A stretch of DNA of 64,000 nucleotides. Source: an uncultured Clostridia bacterium (GTDB lineage Bacteria > Bacillota > Clostridia > Peptostreptococcales > Anaerovoracaceae). The position numbers and the translations under genes were made by a program. Numbering within the stretch: the stretch's first letter is position 1; every line of letters starts with the position of its first letter. Shown piece by piece: positions 1 to 9,204 of the stretch. Below the pieces are notes generated by a model. That model did not search any database and had not been told where the DNA came from. It saw only the letters and a program-made list of their open reading frames with translations. The stretch covers positions 19,615 to 83,614 of the forward strand of contig CAKQWJ010000005.1 in NCBI GenBank assembly GCA_934278925.1, written 5' to 3'.

Positions 1-605
1 CCGGCAACGCCCAGCTTCGGCGCACCCAGCAGTCCGAAGATCAGAATCGGGTCCATAATAATGTTGATAATCGCACCGCTTCCCTGGATGACCAGGATAT
101 ATGCGGTTTTGCCCGTGCTCTGCAGCAGACGCTCCACGCACAGCTGCAGGAATACCATGATGGACAACGTGCAGACGATGCTCAAATAGGTGGAGCCGTA
201 TTCTACAATCCGGGCGTTATCCGTCTGGAACGCGATGAACGGCCGCGCCGCCATGCCAATCAGCAGGAACAGCAGATACGTTGCAAAAGCCAGGAAAATC
301 CCGTTCTGCGCCACCTTGTTGGCTCTGTCGAAACGTTTTGCCCCCAAATACCGGGAAATCAAGGCACTCATGCCCACCGCCGTACCGATGGCGAACGCCA
401 GAATCAGCGACTGAATCGGGAAGCACATGGACACCGCCGTCAGCGCGTCTTCATTAATCCAGGACACGAACATGCTGTCCACAATGTTATACGCCGCCTG
501 AACGAACATGGAAATCATCAGCGGGAAAGACATCTTCAGCAGGAGCCCCTTCACCGGCGCATACCCCATCCGATTCTCTGCCTGCAAACTCTCTTCACTC
601 ATCAT
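1..605 (-). CDS. MATE family efflux transporter (5' part only; gene continues beyond the window start)
   Basis: Minus-strand translation from ATGATG at 605-600 gives MMSEESLQAENRMGYAPVKGLLLKMSFPLMISMFVQAAYNIVDSMFVS..., a typical MATE N-terminus. The frame stays open to position 1 (...DPILIFGLLGAPKLGVA). It is not in the ORF track because it runs off the window edge. Confidence 0.75.
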   Translation of the reverse strand, partial: MMSEESLQAENRMGYAPVKGLLLKMSFPLMISMFVQAAYNIVDSMFVSWINEDALTAVSMCFPIQSLILAFAIGTAVGMSALISRYLGAKRFDRANKVAQNGIFLAFATYLLFLLIGMAARPFIAFQTDNARIVEYGSTYLSIVCTLSIMVFLQLCVERLLQSTGKTAYILVIQGSGAIINIIMDPILIFGLLGAPKLGVA

Positions 606-933
606 TTCTTTACTCAAACTAAATCTCAACCTCTCTCTTTTTACATTCTTCTCGTATATGTTTACCTTTTATTGTAGCACATTTCCCCCTTCGTATGGGT
701 AAAATAAAATATTATCAGGCGGGGGCGGCCGGAAAAGTCCGGACGGGGCGAACTTTTTTTACCGAAAATCTCATGCAAAATCCGCATGGGCAATCCAAAA
801 AACACTCTAATTTAGTGTCGGAAATTGTACTCGAGATACAAATTTGTGTCCAAAATTGCACTGTTTTCCATACAATTCGAGGTTTTTTCTAACTTCTTTA
901 ATTTTTATAACAAAAATTTTTAAAATTTTTTGT

Positions 934-962
934 TGACAATCACAGAATCTTGTTTTAAACTA
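934..962 (+). promoter_or_regulatory. Putative sigma-A promoter for the AGCS transporter gene (TTGACA - 17 bp - TAAACT)
   Basis: TTGACA at 934-939 and TAAACT at 957-962 with 17-bp spacing sit in an AT-rich intergenic region. An ~80-nt leader containing a short stem-loop (tcagagag...atctctga) precedes the RBS ataggagg and the ATG at 1050. Confidence 0.45.
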
Positions 963-1049
963 ATTCCATCAGTCAGAGAGCTGGTTGGAATAAGGTTTTA
1001 TCTCTGACGGGAATTTGAAACTGAATCTATAAAATAGGAGGTTACATTC

Positions 1050-2504
1050 ATGAAACAATTCACAGCAATGCTGAGCACCATTGACGGTTATGTATGGGGC
1101 ATCCCCATGCTGGTACTCATTATCGGAACCGGCCTGCTTCTCACCGTGAGAACCGGAGCTCTGCAGTTCTGCAAATTGGGTAAAGCGCTGAAGTACATGG
1201 TTCACAACGAGGAAGGCGGCGAAGGAGAGGTCTCCAGTTTCGCAGCGCTGACCACCGCGCTGGCGGCTACCGTTGGAACCGGAAACATCGTCGGCGTTGC
1301 CACCGCAATCTGCACCGGCGGACCTGGCGCATTGTTCTGGATGGAAGTTGCCGCTTGCGTAGGTATGGCCACCAAGTATTCGGAGGGCCTCCTGGCGGTA
1401 AAATATCGTGTTCTGGACGAGAACGGCAGAGCACTGGGCGGACCGTTCTACTATATCGAAAGAGGTCTGGGCCCGAACTGGAAATGGCTGGCGAAGCTCT
1501 TCGCCTTCTTCGGCGCAGCAGCCGGCATTCTGGGAATCGGCACCATCACTCAGGTAAACTCCATCACCTCCGCAGTGGGCCGGGTATTCGATCCGGAAAG
1601 CAAGCACATTGCATTCTCCATCGGCGACCACTCCTACACTTGGACTACAACAATCGCTGCAATCGTGGTAACCGCACTGGTGGCACTGGTTGTCATCGGC
1701 GGCATCCAGAGAATCTCTTCCGTAGCATCTCTGGTTGTTCCGGCAATGATGGTACTGTACGTTTCCGCATCCGTTGCAATTTTGATTTATAACTACGCTG
1801 CAATCCCGGCAGCAATCACCACCATCGTTAAGAGCGCATTCGGTATGGATGCGGTTGCCGGCGGTGCACTGGGTGCCATGATTGCCGCAATGCAGAAGGG
1901 TGTTGCAAGAGGTATTTTCTCCAACGAATCCGGCCTGGGTTCCGCACCGATCGCGGCAGCGGCAGCACAGACGAAGGAACCGGTTCGTCAGGGTCTGGTA
2001 TCCATGACCGGTACTTTCCTGGACACCATCGTAATCTGCACCATGACCGGTCTGACCATCGTCATCACCGGTTCCCACAAAGTGGGTCTGGAAGGCGTAG
2101 ACGTAACCATTCGTGCTTTTGGCCAGGGACTTCCTTGGAGTGAAACCGTGGGCGCCATCCTGCTGATGGTCTGCCTGGCAGTATTCGCCTTCACCACCAC
2201 ACTGGGCTGGGACTACTACGGCGAACGCTGCTTGGAATACTTCACCAATAAAAACATGAAAGCCGTAAAGGCATACCGTTACCTGTACATTCTGGCGGTT
2301 CTCATCGGTCCGTTCCTCACACTGGAATTCGTATGGACCTTCGCCGACATCTTCAACGGCCTGATGGCGTTCCCGAACCTGGTTGGACTCCTGGGACTCA
2401 GCGGTGTCGTTGCGGCGGAAACCCGCAGCTACTTCAAGCGTCTGAACGCCGGCGAGATCGACGAGGGCGAGAAGTTCCGCAAGAAGCAGAAGAACGCAGC
2501 ATAA
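1050..2504 (+). CDS. Alanine/glycine:cation (sodium) symporter, AGCS family
   Basis: 484-aa ORF with RBS AGGAGG 7 nt upstream. Multi-pass membrane protein carrying AGCS signatures (…AALTTALAATVGTGNIVGVATAI…GGPGALFWME…). A terminator follows it. Confidence 0.9.
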   Translation: MKQFTAMLSTIDGYVWGIPMLVLIIGTGLLLTVRTGALQFCKLGKALKYMVHNEEGGEGEVSSFAALTTALAATVGTGNIVGVATAICTGGPGALFWMEVAACVGMATKYSEGLLAVKYRVLDENGRALGGPFYYIERGLGPNWKWLAKLFAFFGAAAGILGIGTITQVNSITSAVGRVFDPESKHIAFSIGDHSYTWTTTIAAIVVTALVALVVIGGIQRISSVASLVVPAMMVLYVSASVAILIYNYAAIPAAITTIVKSAFGMDAVAGGALGAMIAAMQKGVARGIFSNESGLGSAPIAAAAAQTKEPVRQGLVSMTGTFLDTIVICTMTGLTIVITGSHKVGLEGVDVTIRAFGQGLPWSETVGAILLMVCLAVFAFTTTLGWDYYGERCLEYFTNKNMKAVKAYRYLYILAVLIGPFLTLEFVWTFADIFNGLMAFPNLVGLLGLSGVVAAETRSYFKRLNAGEIDEGEKFRKKQKNAA

Positions 2505-2545
2505 CGCATTCATATCATTTCCTATATCATCACACAATTTGATGA

Positions 2546-2600
2546 AAGAATCCCCGGGGCGTCCTCCAGAATAGCCCCGGGGATTCTTTCGTTCTTTTTT
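2546..2600. terminator. Bidirectional rho-independent terminator between the AGCS gene (+) and ogt (-)
   Basis: Stem aagaatccccgggg (2546-2558) pairs with ccccggggattctt (2575-2588), followed by a T-run. An A-run on the 5' side would let it serve ogt on the minus strand. Confidence 0.75.
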
Positions 2601-3173
2601 CTATTCCTCCAACTGCTTCTGCATCGTCCGGTGGCTCTCGATGGTCAGCAGCTTCTCTTTAATGTCCAACCCGCCGTTATACCCCGTCAGCCGGCCCCGG
2701 GATCCGATGACTCGGTGGCAGGGGATCACCAGCGGCAGCCGATTGTGGTTCGCCGCGATGCCCACCGCCCGCCAGGCTTTGGGGCTGCCGGCGGCTTCAG
2801 CGATTTCCCGGTAGGTGCGGGTTTCGCCGTAGGGGATGTCCAGCATGGCACACCACACTTCTTCCTGGAAGCGGGTTCCTTCCATGCGAATGGGAAAGGT
2901 GAATTCCTCCCTCTCTTCTTCCAAATATTCCTGAATCTGCCGGCAGGCCTTCTTCAGGACGGGGGCGACTTCGGCGCGATTCAGGTTGTTCCGAGTGTAG
3001 GCCGGGCCTTCGCCGGCGGGGAGACCGCCTCCCTCGAAGCAGACAGAGGGGAAGGGGTCTTGGAGGAAAGCAATTTCCCGAATCTCCTTTTGGTTCCCTT
3101 TGATCTTCAGTTTTCCGATGATTCCCGTATCATAGATGATGGTTTCCATCCGCCCTTCCCGGTTTTCCTGCAT
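2601..3173 (-). CDS. ogt: Methylated-DNA--protein-cysteine methyltransferase (O6-alkylguanine-DNA alkyltransferase)
   Basis: The C-terminal half carries the PCHRV active-site motif (…NRLPLVIPCHRVIGSRGRLTGYNGG…). Start chosen at ATG 3173 (MQENREGRMETIIYD…), preceded by AAAGGAGG. The longer track ORF (to 3392) has no RBS. Confidence 0.85.
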   Translation of the reverse strand: MQENREGRMETIIYDTGIIGKLKIKGNQKEIREIAFLQDPFPSVCFEGGGLPAGEGPAYTRNNLNRAEVAPVLKKACRQIQEYLEEEREEFTFPIRMEGTRFQEEVWCAMLDIPYGETRTYREIAEAAGSPKAWRAVGIAANHNRLPLVIPCHRVIGSRGRLTGYNGGLDIKEKLLTIESHRTMQKQLEE

Positions 3174-3310
3174 TTCGACCTCCTTTATCATTCCATTTGT
3201 TGGAGCCATTGTATCACAAGAATTGCGCCGGTAAAGGGTCTCTGGACAAAAAGGACTTTTCCCCCGGGAAAAAGTACGAAAACGCCCGAAACGTAAACTT
3301 CCGAATATAA

Positions 3311-3350
3311 AAAAACCGGTCAATGCATTTGCATTGACCGGTTTTTCTCC
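3311..3350. terminator. Bidirectional terminator hairpin (aaaaaaccggtcaatgcatttgcattgaccggttttt)
   Basis: A 10-bp perfect stem is flanked by an A-run and a T-run. It lies immediately 3' of the minus-strand tRNA. Confidence 0.7.
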
Positions 3351-3353
3351 TCT

Positions 3354-3428
3354 TGGAGCTGCTGGCGAGAATCGAACTCGCAACCCCTTCATTACGAGTG
3401 AAGTGCTCTACCATTGAGCCACAGCAGC
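3354..3428 (-). tRNA. tRNA-Thr (anticodon CGT), CCA encoded
   Basis: Minus-strand sequence GCTGCTGTGGCTCAATGGTAGAGCACTTCACTCGTAATGAAGGGGTTGCGAGTTCGATTCTCGCCAGCAGCTCCA folds as a cloverleaf with a 7-bp acceptor stem, D-arm, anticodon stem CTTCA/TGAAG with loop CTCGTAA (anticodon CGT), a GTTCGATTC T-arm, and an encoded CCA. Confidence 0.85.
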
Positions 3429-3511
3429 ACGTTCGTAACCGAATTGCCCTATAATTATACACGAACGAAGAGGTAATTGCAAGGAAAAGCCCTTTTATTT
3501 TTCTTTCCGGT

Positions 3512-4609
3512 TTATCCAATATCCGTGATATTGCCAAAAGCCAGTCCAACATAGCCTTGGGCGTACGCGGCCGCCACCATCTCACCCGCACTGTTCATGT
3601 ACACCAGGGTGCCGGACGACTTCTCCACGAAGGTGAAATTTTTCTTTTTCAGCGCCGCGAGGTACTTCTGATAGGTTTTCTTCCCGGCTTTATATTGGAC
3701 GGATGTCACCCCGTCGACTTTCTGAAATTTGCCGCGCTTCCCGTACAGCGCCCCAAAATCCGGGATTTTATATCCTTTGTAGTGCTTCGGCACCGTGACC
3801 CTGCACTTCAGGGTAATGCCGTTTCGCACCGCCGTAACGGTGCAGGTTCCGCCCTTTAGCGCAGTCACCGTTCCCTTCTTGGACACCGTCGCCACCTTCT
3901 TGTTGCCGGACTTCCACCGGATGCGGCCCTTCCCGCCGGTCACCTTCAGCCGGAAGCTCCGGGAATTGTAGACGGTGATTTTCTTTTTATTCAGCCGCGG
4001 ATTCACTACGGTCACCTTGCAGATGTATTTTCTCCCGCCAAAACGAGCGATCACCTTGCAGGTCCCACTTTTCCGGCCCTTCACCACGCCTTTGCCGTTG
4101 ACCGTGGCCACTTTCTTGTTGGAGCTGCTCCATTTCACGCCGGACTTCGCCCCCACCAAAACATTGGTGAACCGGGCGTTCTTCCGAATGGTTTTCTTCT
4201 TATACTTCAGACCCTTCGGCTCCACCGTCACCTTGCACTCCGCCCGGCTGCCCGACGGAAAAACCGCGCTCACCGTGCACTTCCCGGCACTCTTGGCCGT
4301 GATCAGCCCATTTTTGTCCACGGCAGCGACTTCAGCCTTGTCGGACGCCCAGGTCACATTGACCGGCAAACCTTCCGGCTGAGTATTCGCTAAAACCAGT
4401 TTCTTTTTCGCCTTGTACTTCAGATTCAGCGCGGCCGGGAGCTCCCCGGACTGCGCCTCGGTCGGCGGATTTTCTTGACCTTCAGCAGTTGTTCCAAGCT
4501 GCCTGTTGCTACCTTTATCAGTTGCCGATCCCACCTCTGCAGCTGCAAAAGCCGGAATCACAGACACCGTCAAAATTCCTGCGAGGACCATTGCTAGAAT
4601 GCGTTTCAT
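3512..4609 (-). CDS. Secreted protein with repeated bacterial Ig-like (Big_2-type) domains
   Basis: N-terminal signal peptide (MKRILAMVLAGILTVSVIPAFAAA) followed by a repetitive K/T/V-rich beta-strand pattern (…KKVATVNGKGVVKGRKSGTCKV… recurs at least three times). No catalytic motif was seen. Confidence 0.55.
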   Translation of the reverse strand: MKRILAMVLAGILTVSVIPAFAAAEVGSATDKGSNRQLGTTAEGQENPPTEAQSGELPAALNLKYKAKKKLVLANTQPEGLPVNVTWASDKAEVAAVDKNGLITAKSAGKCTVSAVFPSGSRAECKVTVEPKGLKYKKKTIRKNARFTNVLVGAKSGVKWSSSNKKVATVNGKGVVKGRKSGTCKVIARFGGRKYICKVTVVNPRLNKKKITVYNSRSFRLKVTGGKGRIRWKSGNKKVATVSKKGTVTALKGGTCTVTAVRNGITLKCRVTVPKHYKGYKIPDFGALYGKRGKFQKVDGVTSVQYKAGKKTYQKYLAALKKKNFTFVEKSSGTLVYMNSAGEMVAAAYAQGYVGLAFGNITDIG

Positions 4610-4689
4610 ATTCTGTCCTCCACTTACAACTATTCAGGTTAACACGTCTTAATTGGAGTATATCAGAGCCGCCGCCCGCCCGCAAGGGC

Positions 4690-5445
4690 CGGCGCCAACA
4701 TGGGCGGCGGGGCGGCGCCAACATGGGCGGCAGGCAGGCGGGATTCGGGGCGCCCTGTTGGCGTGGCCAGGCGGTGGGATAAGGTTTTGTCGGGAGGGCG
4801 GCGCCAACATGGGCGGCCGCCGGGCAAGATTCGGGGCGCCCTGTTGGCGTGGCCAGGCGGTGGGATAAGGTTTTGCCGGGAGGGCGGCGCCAACATGGGC
4901 GGCAGGCTCGCGGGATTTCAGGTGCCCTGTTGGCGTGGCCAGGCGGTGGGATAAGGTTTTGCCGGCGGGCCGGCGCCAACATGGACGGCCGCCAGGCGGA
5001 ATTCGGGGCGACCTGTTGGCGTGGCCAGGCGGTAGGATATGGCTTTGACGGGAAGGAGGCGCCAACATGGGCGGACGGCAGGCGGGATTTCAGGCGACCT
5101 GTTGGCGTGGCCAGGCGGTGGGATAAGGTTTTGCCGGCGGGCCGGCGCCAACATGGACGGCCGCCAGGCGGTCTTCAGGCCGACCTGTTGGCGTGGCCAG
5201 GCGGTAGGATAAGGTTTTGCCGGGAGGGAGACGCCAACATGGACGGCCGGCAGGCAAGATTCGGGGCGACCTGTTGGCGTGGCCAGGCGGTGGGATAAGG
5301 CTTTGCCGGCGGGCCGGCGCCAACAGGCCAGCAGGCAGGATTCGGGGCGACCTGTTGGCGTGGCCAGGCGGTGGGATAAGGTTTTGCCGGCGGGGCGGCG
5401 CCAACATGGGCGGCCGGCAGGCGGAATTCGGGGCGGCCGCCGTCC
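4690..5445. repeat. Tandem array of ~8.5 copies of an 85-87 bp hairpin-forming unit (consensus ggcgccaacatgggcgg…gattcggggcgccctgttggcgtggccaggcggtgggataaggttttgccgg…)
   Basis: 'ggcgccaaca' recurs at 4799, 4886, 4972, 5058, 5144, 5230, 5317 and 5397, with two partial copies at 4691 and 4714. Each unit contains the inverted repeat cgccaaca/tgttggcg around a ~30-nt GC-rich loop. The array fills the 1-kb gap between two minus-strand genes. The many overlapping ORFs in the track here are artefacts of the repeat. Confidence 0.9.
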
Positions 5446-5647
5446 ATACAATAGAACAGGCTTGCAGAAGGAACTCGTTCCTCCTGCAAGCCTACATCTC
5501 TAGTCTTTCTAGTCTATTCTTTCCCTTTTTTACAAAACGTTGCCCGGCATATTTCGCGAGACCATAGAAAAAGCGTTCCCTCTTCGCTCTGCCGGTCGCC
5601 TACGGTCTCGTTGTTCGTATTTTTTTACAGAGCGTTCTTTTACAAAA

Positions 5648-6997
5648 TTACACGGTGCATCTTACGATGTACAGCCCATCCTGATAGGTGTCCACGTAAA
5701 TGTATCCGCGGTCGTCCACCAGAACGTCTTCGGCGATGCCGATGTGCGGTCCCGGGAACAGCGTGCCGTCCTCGATGTCGAACCAGGTGCCTTCCGGATC
5801 CGGCGGCATGAAGTAAGCGATTTCCTTCGGAACGAACGGATCCGATACGTCGTAGACGCGGAGGCCCGCCTGGAAGTGGCAGTTGTAGACTCTGTCGTCT
5901 CTCTGCTCCAAGCAATCCTGCGGTGCGGCATCGTACATGTTGTGCGGGCCGAATACCACGCGCTGGCCGTCGATGATGTTGAAGTTCTCGCCGTGGCACT
6001 TTTTGTATTCTTCCGGAACTTCCGGATACGGGAATACGGAAATCAGGGACGGGTTCTCCTTGTCGTCGGTCTCGATCATTCCAATCATGTTCATCGGCTG
6101 GCTGGTGATTTTGTGGAACATGCCATCCTCACGGTTCGGATCGAAGTACCAAGGACGCTCACCCTCGGTGGTTACGATGGCGAACGGTCTGTCGCCCAAA
6201 GGCATTGCGGTGTGCACCGCTGCGCCGGACTGGCCGTTGGAGAACGGCGGGTTCAGCGGAACGTTGCCCAGCAGTCTCGGACGGGTTTTGTCCTTCACGT
6301 CGATCATGCAGAATCCCACGTTCGGGAACGCCGCATAGACGATGTCGTTTCTCTCGGTGATGGCGTGGCCGTTCGGCAGCTTCATGAACGGCTCGGTTCC
6401 GAATTCCGGAATGTCCGACGCCTTCTTGTTGCCCAGATACTGGCCGTCTGCCCACCAGCTGCCCACCTCAACCGGATGAGTCGGATCCTCCAGGTCGATG
6501 ATGCGCAGAATGTATCCCATATAATTTCTTTTACTGCCCATGATGTACGCATATCTTCCGCCATCATAGTAGCTCCGGTGCACGCCCGGACCGTCCTCAC
6601 ATTCGAACTGGCCCAGGAACTTCGGATTCCATGGATCCTCCGCGATGTCGTAGATCTTGAAACCGCCCCAGAACGGCTGCTCGTGAGTTCCGTGGAGTAC
6701 CCGCAGGGTTCCGCCGTAGCAAGCGATCAGCTTTCCGCCGGCCACCTGAATCTTCGCCAGGGACTGACCGTCATGGATCTCGCTGACCCAGTCGCCCTCA
6801 ACCCACTTGGACACCGGATTCTTCGGATCCGTCACTTCAATAATATTAAAACCATTATCCCGGAAGCACGCCGAATAGATAAAATATCTTCCATCTTCCG
6901 TGCGATGCATCCCCATCTGGAACCCCGGCTTCTTGTTCAGATCGTTGTAGCCGACAAATTCCATGTTCTTCAGCAGCATTTCGGTTCTTCTGCTCAT
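5648..6997 (-). CDS. LVIVD-repeat beta-propeller protein (function unknown)
   Basis: Recurrent hydrophobic-x-(I/V)-x-D-(V/L)-x-D-P-x-x-P motifs (FKIYDIAEDPWNP, LRIIDLEDPTHPVEV, CMIDVKDKTRP, LRVYDVSDPFVP). Start at ATG 6997 (MSRRTEMLL…) with RBS AAGGAGG; the track's upstream extension lacks an RBS. Confidence 0.55.
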   Translation of the reverse strand: MSRRTEMLLKNMEFVGYNDLNKKPGFQMGMHRTEDGRYFIYSACFRDNGFNIIEVTDPKNPVSKWVEGDWVSEIHDGQSLAKIQVAGGKLIACYGGTLRVLHGTHEQPFWGGFKIYDIAEDPWNPKFLGQFECEDGPGVHRSYYDGGRYAYIMGSKRNYMGYILRIIDLEDPTHPVEVGSWWADGQYLGNKKASDIPEFGTEPFMKLPNGHAITERNDIVYAAFPNVGFCMIDVKDKTRPRLLGNVPLNPPFSNGQSGAAVHTAMPLGDRPFAIVTTEGERPWYFDPNREDGMFHKITSQPMNMIGMIETDDKENPSLISVFPYPEVPEEYKKCHGENFNIIDGQRVVFGPHNMYDAAPQDCLEQRDDRVYNCHFQAGLRVYDVSDPFVPKEIAYFMPPDPEGTWFDIEDGTLFPGPHIGIAEDVLVDDRGYIYVDTYQDGLYIVRCTV

Positions 6998-7040
6998 GAA
7001 TTTCCTCCTTATGATTGTTTTTTCTCCAATCCCTTCCACT

Positions 7041-7083
7041 AAAAAAAGGATATCTTCGATAGTTCGATGATATCCTTTTTGTC
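7041..7083. terminator. Bidirectional hairpin terminator (aaaaaaaggatatc…gatatccttttt)
   Basis: A stem-loop flanked by an A-run and a T-run sits ~135 bp downstream of the LysR gene stop (minus strand) and upstream of the propeller gene. Confidence 0.45.
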
Positions 7084-7219
7084 GTTCAATTGGAAATGCG
7101 ATTTTTGAGGGGGACGTTATGCAAAAAAAGCATTACCTCCCGTCAGACACGTCCGACTCCCCCGCAAGATTCGGTTTGGCGCAGTTCCTCGGTGTCGTCC
7201 GCTGCCTCCGGCAATGCGA

Positions 7220-8122
7220 CTAAGCCTCCGGCGCTTCTTGGGGAACCCGTGCCTCGATAAATTCCCGGAAACGCTCCAACGCCGGGTTCCCGCTGTCCTT
7301 CCGCTGAATCATCCGAACCGGCAGCTCCGGTTCCCCCTCCAGCGGAATGGCCACCGTCTCCGGGCCGGCGATGTCCTGCATAGAATTGTGGAGAATCATC
7401 ACCCCGTAATTCATGTCCACTTCCAGCAAAGCGGTGGTCACGGAAGAAACGCTTTTGGCAATGTGAGGGGCGAATCCGTATTGCAAGCACAGCCCCATGG
7501 TCCGGTTGAATCCAAAGCGAGACTGAGACGCATCCACCACGATGAAACCCTCGGATTTCAAATCCTTCACGGAAACTTTTTCCTTCGCTGCCAGCGGGTT
7601 GTTCCGGTTCATGAAAACGCAGTCATGATCCCAAGAAATGACGGTTCCGGACAGCTGTTCCTTGTACACCTCCGGGAAATGCACCAGAATCCCGCAATCC
7701 AGTTCCCCTTCCTGAATCTGATCGAAGGCGGCGGATTCACTGGTGTTTCTGAAATCGATTTCCACATCCGGGTTTTCCTCTGCAAACTGCCGGATCATTC
7801 GGCCGGTGCTCCCCGCCCGGATGCCGTCCTCCAGAATTCCGATGGTGAGCTTTTTCCTCTCCACGCTGAAGTGCTTGGCATCTTGCATCAGCTCGTTATA
7901 TTCGTTCAGTATCCGTTCGCAGTGCCGGAGCACGTTCTGTCCGGCAGGGGTCAGCTTCGGATTCACCTTGTCTCGCTGAATCAACTTGACGCCGATTTCT
8001 TTTTCCATGCTCTCAATCATCCGGCTGAAGGCGGGCTGAGACATGTACAGCTGCTTCGCCGTTTTCGAAAAATTCAGTGTTTTGGATAATTCCAGGAAAC
8101 CTTTCATCTGTTTGATGTTCAT
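7220..8122 (-). CDS. LysR-family transcriptional regulator
   Basis: N-terminal helix-turn-helix (MNIKQMKGFLELSKTLNFSKTAKQLYMSQPAFSRMIESMEKEIGVKLIQRD) followed by a LysR substrate-binding domain; 300 aa. Confidence 0.9.
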   Translation of the reverse strand: MNIKQMKGFLELSKTLNFSKTAKQLYMSQPAFSRMIESMEKEIGVKLIQRDKVNPKLTPAGQNVLRHCERILNEYNELMQDAKHFSVERKKLTIGILEDGIRAGSTGRMIRQFAEENPDVEIDFRNTSESAAFDQIQEGELDCGILVHFPEVYKEQLSGTVISWDHDCVFMNRNNPLAAKEKVSVKDLKSEGFIVVDASQSRFGFNRTMGLCLQYGFAPHIAKSVSSVTTALLEVDMNYGVMILHNSMQDIAGPETVAIPLEGEPELPVRMIQRKDSGNPALERFREFIEARVPQEAPEA

Positions 8123-8131
8123 ATTCGCACC

Positions 8132-8881
8132 TTATTTCTCTACCAGACCGTAGCCAAAAATATCCTTGCTCTTAATCGGGTACCCGTTTCGCTTGCATAT
8201 TCCTTTCCACTTCTTCTCATCCTTGCCCGTGAAGCCGGAATTTCCCTCAATGGTATAGACCTTCCCTCGGAACACCGAGGCCACCAGTCCCACGTGATCC
8301 ACGGAGCCGTCGTGTTCCCAGTCGAAGAAAATGATATCTCCGGCTTTCGGTGTGTAGCCGTCTCCCTGTTCGTGGTACCGATCCCGATCCCGGAACCAGT
8401 TCACCTGCTGGGGCACGTAGCAGGACATGGGCACTTTGCCGTCATCGATCAAACCGTTCTGATCGGCGCACCAGGAAATAAAGCAGGCGCACCAATCCAC
8501 ATGAGAATCAAATCCATACCACTGCCAGAATTTATCTCCGCCATAGTTTCCCAGCTGGGTGCGGGCGGTTTCCACCATGGGAACGTCCCCATCCAGCACC
8601 GTTCCGCCGGCTTTCAGCAGATTGGTTACGTACCGGCCGCCCAGAACAAAGTTCATTCCCATAAGGCACAGGATAATCACCGTCAGCGACCGCCTCCGAA
8701 TTCGTTGCTGTTTCTTCTTCCGCTGCGCCTTGCGGGCGGCCCGAATCCGCCGCTCCGCATAGCGGCGCATCACTTCGTCGTCGCCGCTTTCAAGGGCCCG
8801 CAGTTCTTCCGGCGTCAGCTGAACCTGCGGGGCTGCATTCTTCTTTTTCTTTTTCTTTCGTTTCTTCCCTATATTAAACAT
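8132..8881 (-). CDS. CHAP-domain cell-wall peptidase/amidase, membrane-anchored
   Basis: Lys-rich N-terminus, one transmembrane segment (LTVIILCLMGMNFVLGG), then a CHAP signature: catalytic Cys in DWCACFISW and His in FFDWEHDGSVDHVGLV. Confidence 0.8.
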   Translation of the reverse strand: MFNIGKKRKKKKKKNAAPQVQLTPEELRALESGDDEVMRRYAERRIRAARKAQRKKKQQRIRRRSLTVIILCLMGMNFVLGGRYVTNLLKAGGTVLDGDVPMVETARTQLGNYGGDKFWQWYGFDSHVDWCACFISWCADQNGLIDDGKVPMSCYVPQQVNWFRDRDRYHEQGDGYTPKAGDIIFFDWEHDGSVDHVGLVASVFRGKVYTIEGNSGFTGKDEKKWKGICKRNGYPIKSKDIFGYGLVEK

Positions 8882-9204
8882 CTGTGTACCTTTTCTAATT
8901 TATCTTTGCTGCTATGCGCTTGCCTTTCGGCTTTTCCGTCACTTATTTTCCGGATGCCGATTGCTCTCTGCCGGCCGAACCCGTCTTTCCGGAGTTGTTG
9001 TTCATCTTTTTGTTGACGCTGCAGCAGCTCATGGGCCGATCTCCGAATTCCTTGGAATTGGACTCCCCCAGTCGCTCAAGGTACTCATTCCATGATTTTT
9101 TAAGCTTTGCAAATAATTTCAACGTTAATCTCCTCCCCTACTTTAACAATTTATTGTACCACTTTGAACACAAATTAATTGATATAAATGTGAAAATTAA
9201 AATT

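Noticed and set aside
640-1049. A possible glycine riboswitch or other riboswitch in the 445-bp intergenic region upstream of the alanine/glycine symporter.
   Set aside because: A plausible promoter at 934-962 leaves only an ~80-nt leader. The conserved glycine-riboswitch elements (for example ACCGAAGGGGCAA) are not present, and only a simple stem-loop was seen.
969-2537. A 522-aa ORF antisense to the AGCS transporter gene, and many other long antisense ORFs opposite confirmed genes (for example 5540-7042 +, 17571-19526 +, 21086-23554 +, 26298-29084 +, 33796-35838 +, 48064-49554 +, 49699-51687 +, 52279-53700 +, 53727-54788 +, 56767-58800 -, 59269-61074 -, 61237-62370 -, 62432-63118 -).
   Set aside because: High-GC coding DNA routinely leaves the antisense frames open. 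Each of these overlaps a gene with strong motif support on the other strand and lacks its own RBS or recognisable domains.
2601-3392. The full 263-aa ORF given by the track for the ogt region.
   Set aside because: The first ~73 codons have no RBS and no homology. ATG 3173 with AAAGGAGG gives a normal-length Ogt.
4690-5445. Considered whether the tandem repeats here, and at 9205-9415 and 32668-33100, are CRISPR arrays.
   Set aside because: There are no unique spacers. The entire 86-96 bp unit repeats head-to-tail with only point differences, the units are far longer than CRISPR repeats, and no cas genes are nearby.
4518-5489. Multiple overlapping ORFs of 70-177 aa on both strands across the repeat arrays, with similar ones at 9197-9621 and 32548-33060.
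   Set aside because: They are by-products of a GC-rich repeat with a period near a multiple of three. They overlap each other in several frames and have no RBS. Their 'protein' sequences are just the repeat translated (…RRQHGRPAGKIRGALLAWPGGGIRFC…).
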